A stretch of 64,000 bases of DNA from a virus: IMG/VR virus record IMGVR_UViG_3300009370_000014, positions 8,074-72,073 of that record, one strand, 5' to 3'. Of this stretch, positions 63,362-64,000 are shown piece by piece. Each line of letters opens with the position of its first letter. Positions within the stretch are counted from its first letter, which is position 1. The translations under genes were made by a program, and so were the position numbers. Under the pieces are notes generated by a model. The model was not told the DNA's origin. It did no database searches and was given only the letters and a program-made list of their open reading frames with translations.

Positions 63362-63535
63362 TCAGTCTCCAACCCAGACAATGAAGCCATGTTGATGCTT
63401 ATAAAGTTTTATCTCCTGATTCATCCTTGAATGATACTCTCTAATTTCTTGTAAAGTTCTTTTACAGCGATTGCACCTATCTTTAATCCAAGAAATCTCA
63501 TGTATGTCACACTCAGCATAAAGTCGAATTATCAT
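63362..63535 (-). CDS. small Cys/His protein (57 aa), paralog of 63160-63360
   Basis: Hand translation MIIRLYAECDIH...CNRCKRT...GFIVWVGD. Confidence 0.55.
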   Translation of the reverse strand: MIIRLYAECDIHEISWIKDRCNRCKRTLQEIREYHSRMNQEIKLYKHQHGFIVWVGD

Positions 63536-63787
63536 ACTCTACTCCACAAGATATGCAAAATTTAGAATAATTCTCAGGGTCTAGTGACCATACATGTCTA
63601 TGCAGTTTCCTATGGAAGACTATCACCATCCAATAACTCGAGACCACCTTTCTAGATATTCCTGATGCCTAGCTAAGGCTTCGGGACTTAACTCTCCTAA
63701 AGGCTCGCTCTTAAAAACTATATCGTCAAATGGGCTTTCAGGTTTAAGCTGTATTATCATATTCCCTACATACCTTCTTTCTAGAGA

Positions 63788-63937
63788 CTAACATCCGAAA
63801 CTACTAGCCCCGTTCCTGTAGCCCCAGCTATTGCTACAGCTACTGCTCCAGTTCCAGCTACTGCTCCTGCTCCAGCTCCAGCTACTGCTAAAGATATAGC
63901 TCCTGCTCCAGCTATAGCTACTGCTCCTGTATTTCAT
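63788..63937 (-). CDS. Ser/Trp-rich low-complexity peptide (49 aa)
   Basis: MKYRSSSYSWSRSYIFSSSWSWSRSSSWNWSSSCSNSWGYRNGASSFGC*; a truncated paralog at 63949-64000 also ends SFGC*. Confidence 0.5.
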   Translation of the reverse strand: MKYRSSSYSWSRSYIFSSSWSWSRSSSWNWSSSCSNSWGYRNGASSFGC

Positions 63938-64000
63938 TTTACGAGTAATTAGCATCCGAAACTCTTGCTACTGCTCCTGCCCCAGCCCCAGCTCCAGCTA

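Noticed and set aside
1-64000. Stop-codon reassignment
   Set aside because: Conserved genes are full length under the standard code, all three stop codons end genes, and no suppressor tRNA was seen.

Overview
AT-rich 64-kb segment of a large (jumbo-type) tailed bacteriophage genome, almost all on the minus strand. The right half is a replication/nucleotide-metabolism module: UDG-fused family A DNA polymerase, primase-helicase, DinG-like helicase, class II RNR, dUTPase, RNase HI, PD-(D/E)XK nuclease, MoxR AAA + vWA/metallopeptidase pair, plus a + strand terminase large subunit. The left half is accessory and rich in RNA biology: Ro60/TROVE, Thg1-like protein, nucleotidyltransferase-like protein, Sm/Hfq-like protein, tmRNA, four canonical tRNAs, a tRNA-Leu(UAA) split by a group I intron with an antisense HNH, and several tRNA mimics. 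Most notable: (1) a retron-type RT with no room for an upstream msr/msd, and, far away, a non-coding array of 165-166 bp units (conserved short hairpin repeat plus variable long hairpin) at about 9.7-10.15 kb with a related locus at about 23.9-24.2 kb; the RT-array link is only a hypothesis; (2) four Y-RNA-like hairpins interleaved with anticodon-defective tRNA mimics downstream of the Ro60 gene; (3) a ~570-bp degenerate palindrome at 4.14-4.71 kb. All calls come from reading motifs by eye; no searches were run.
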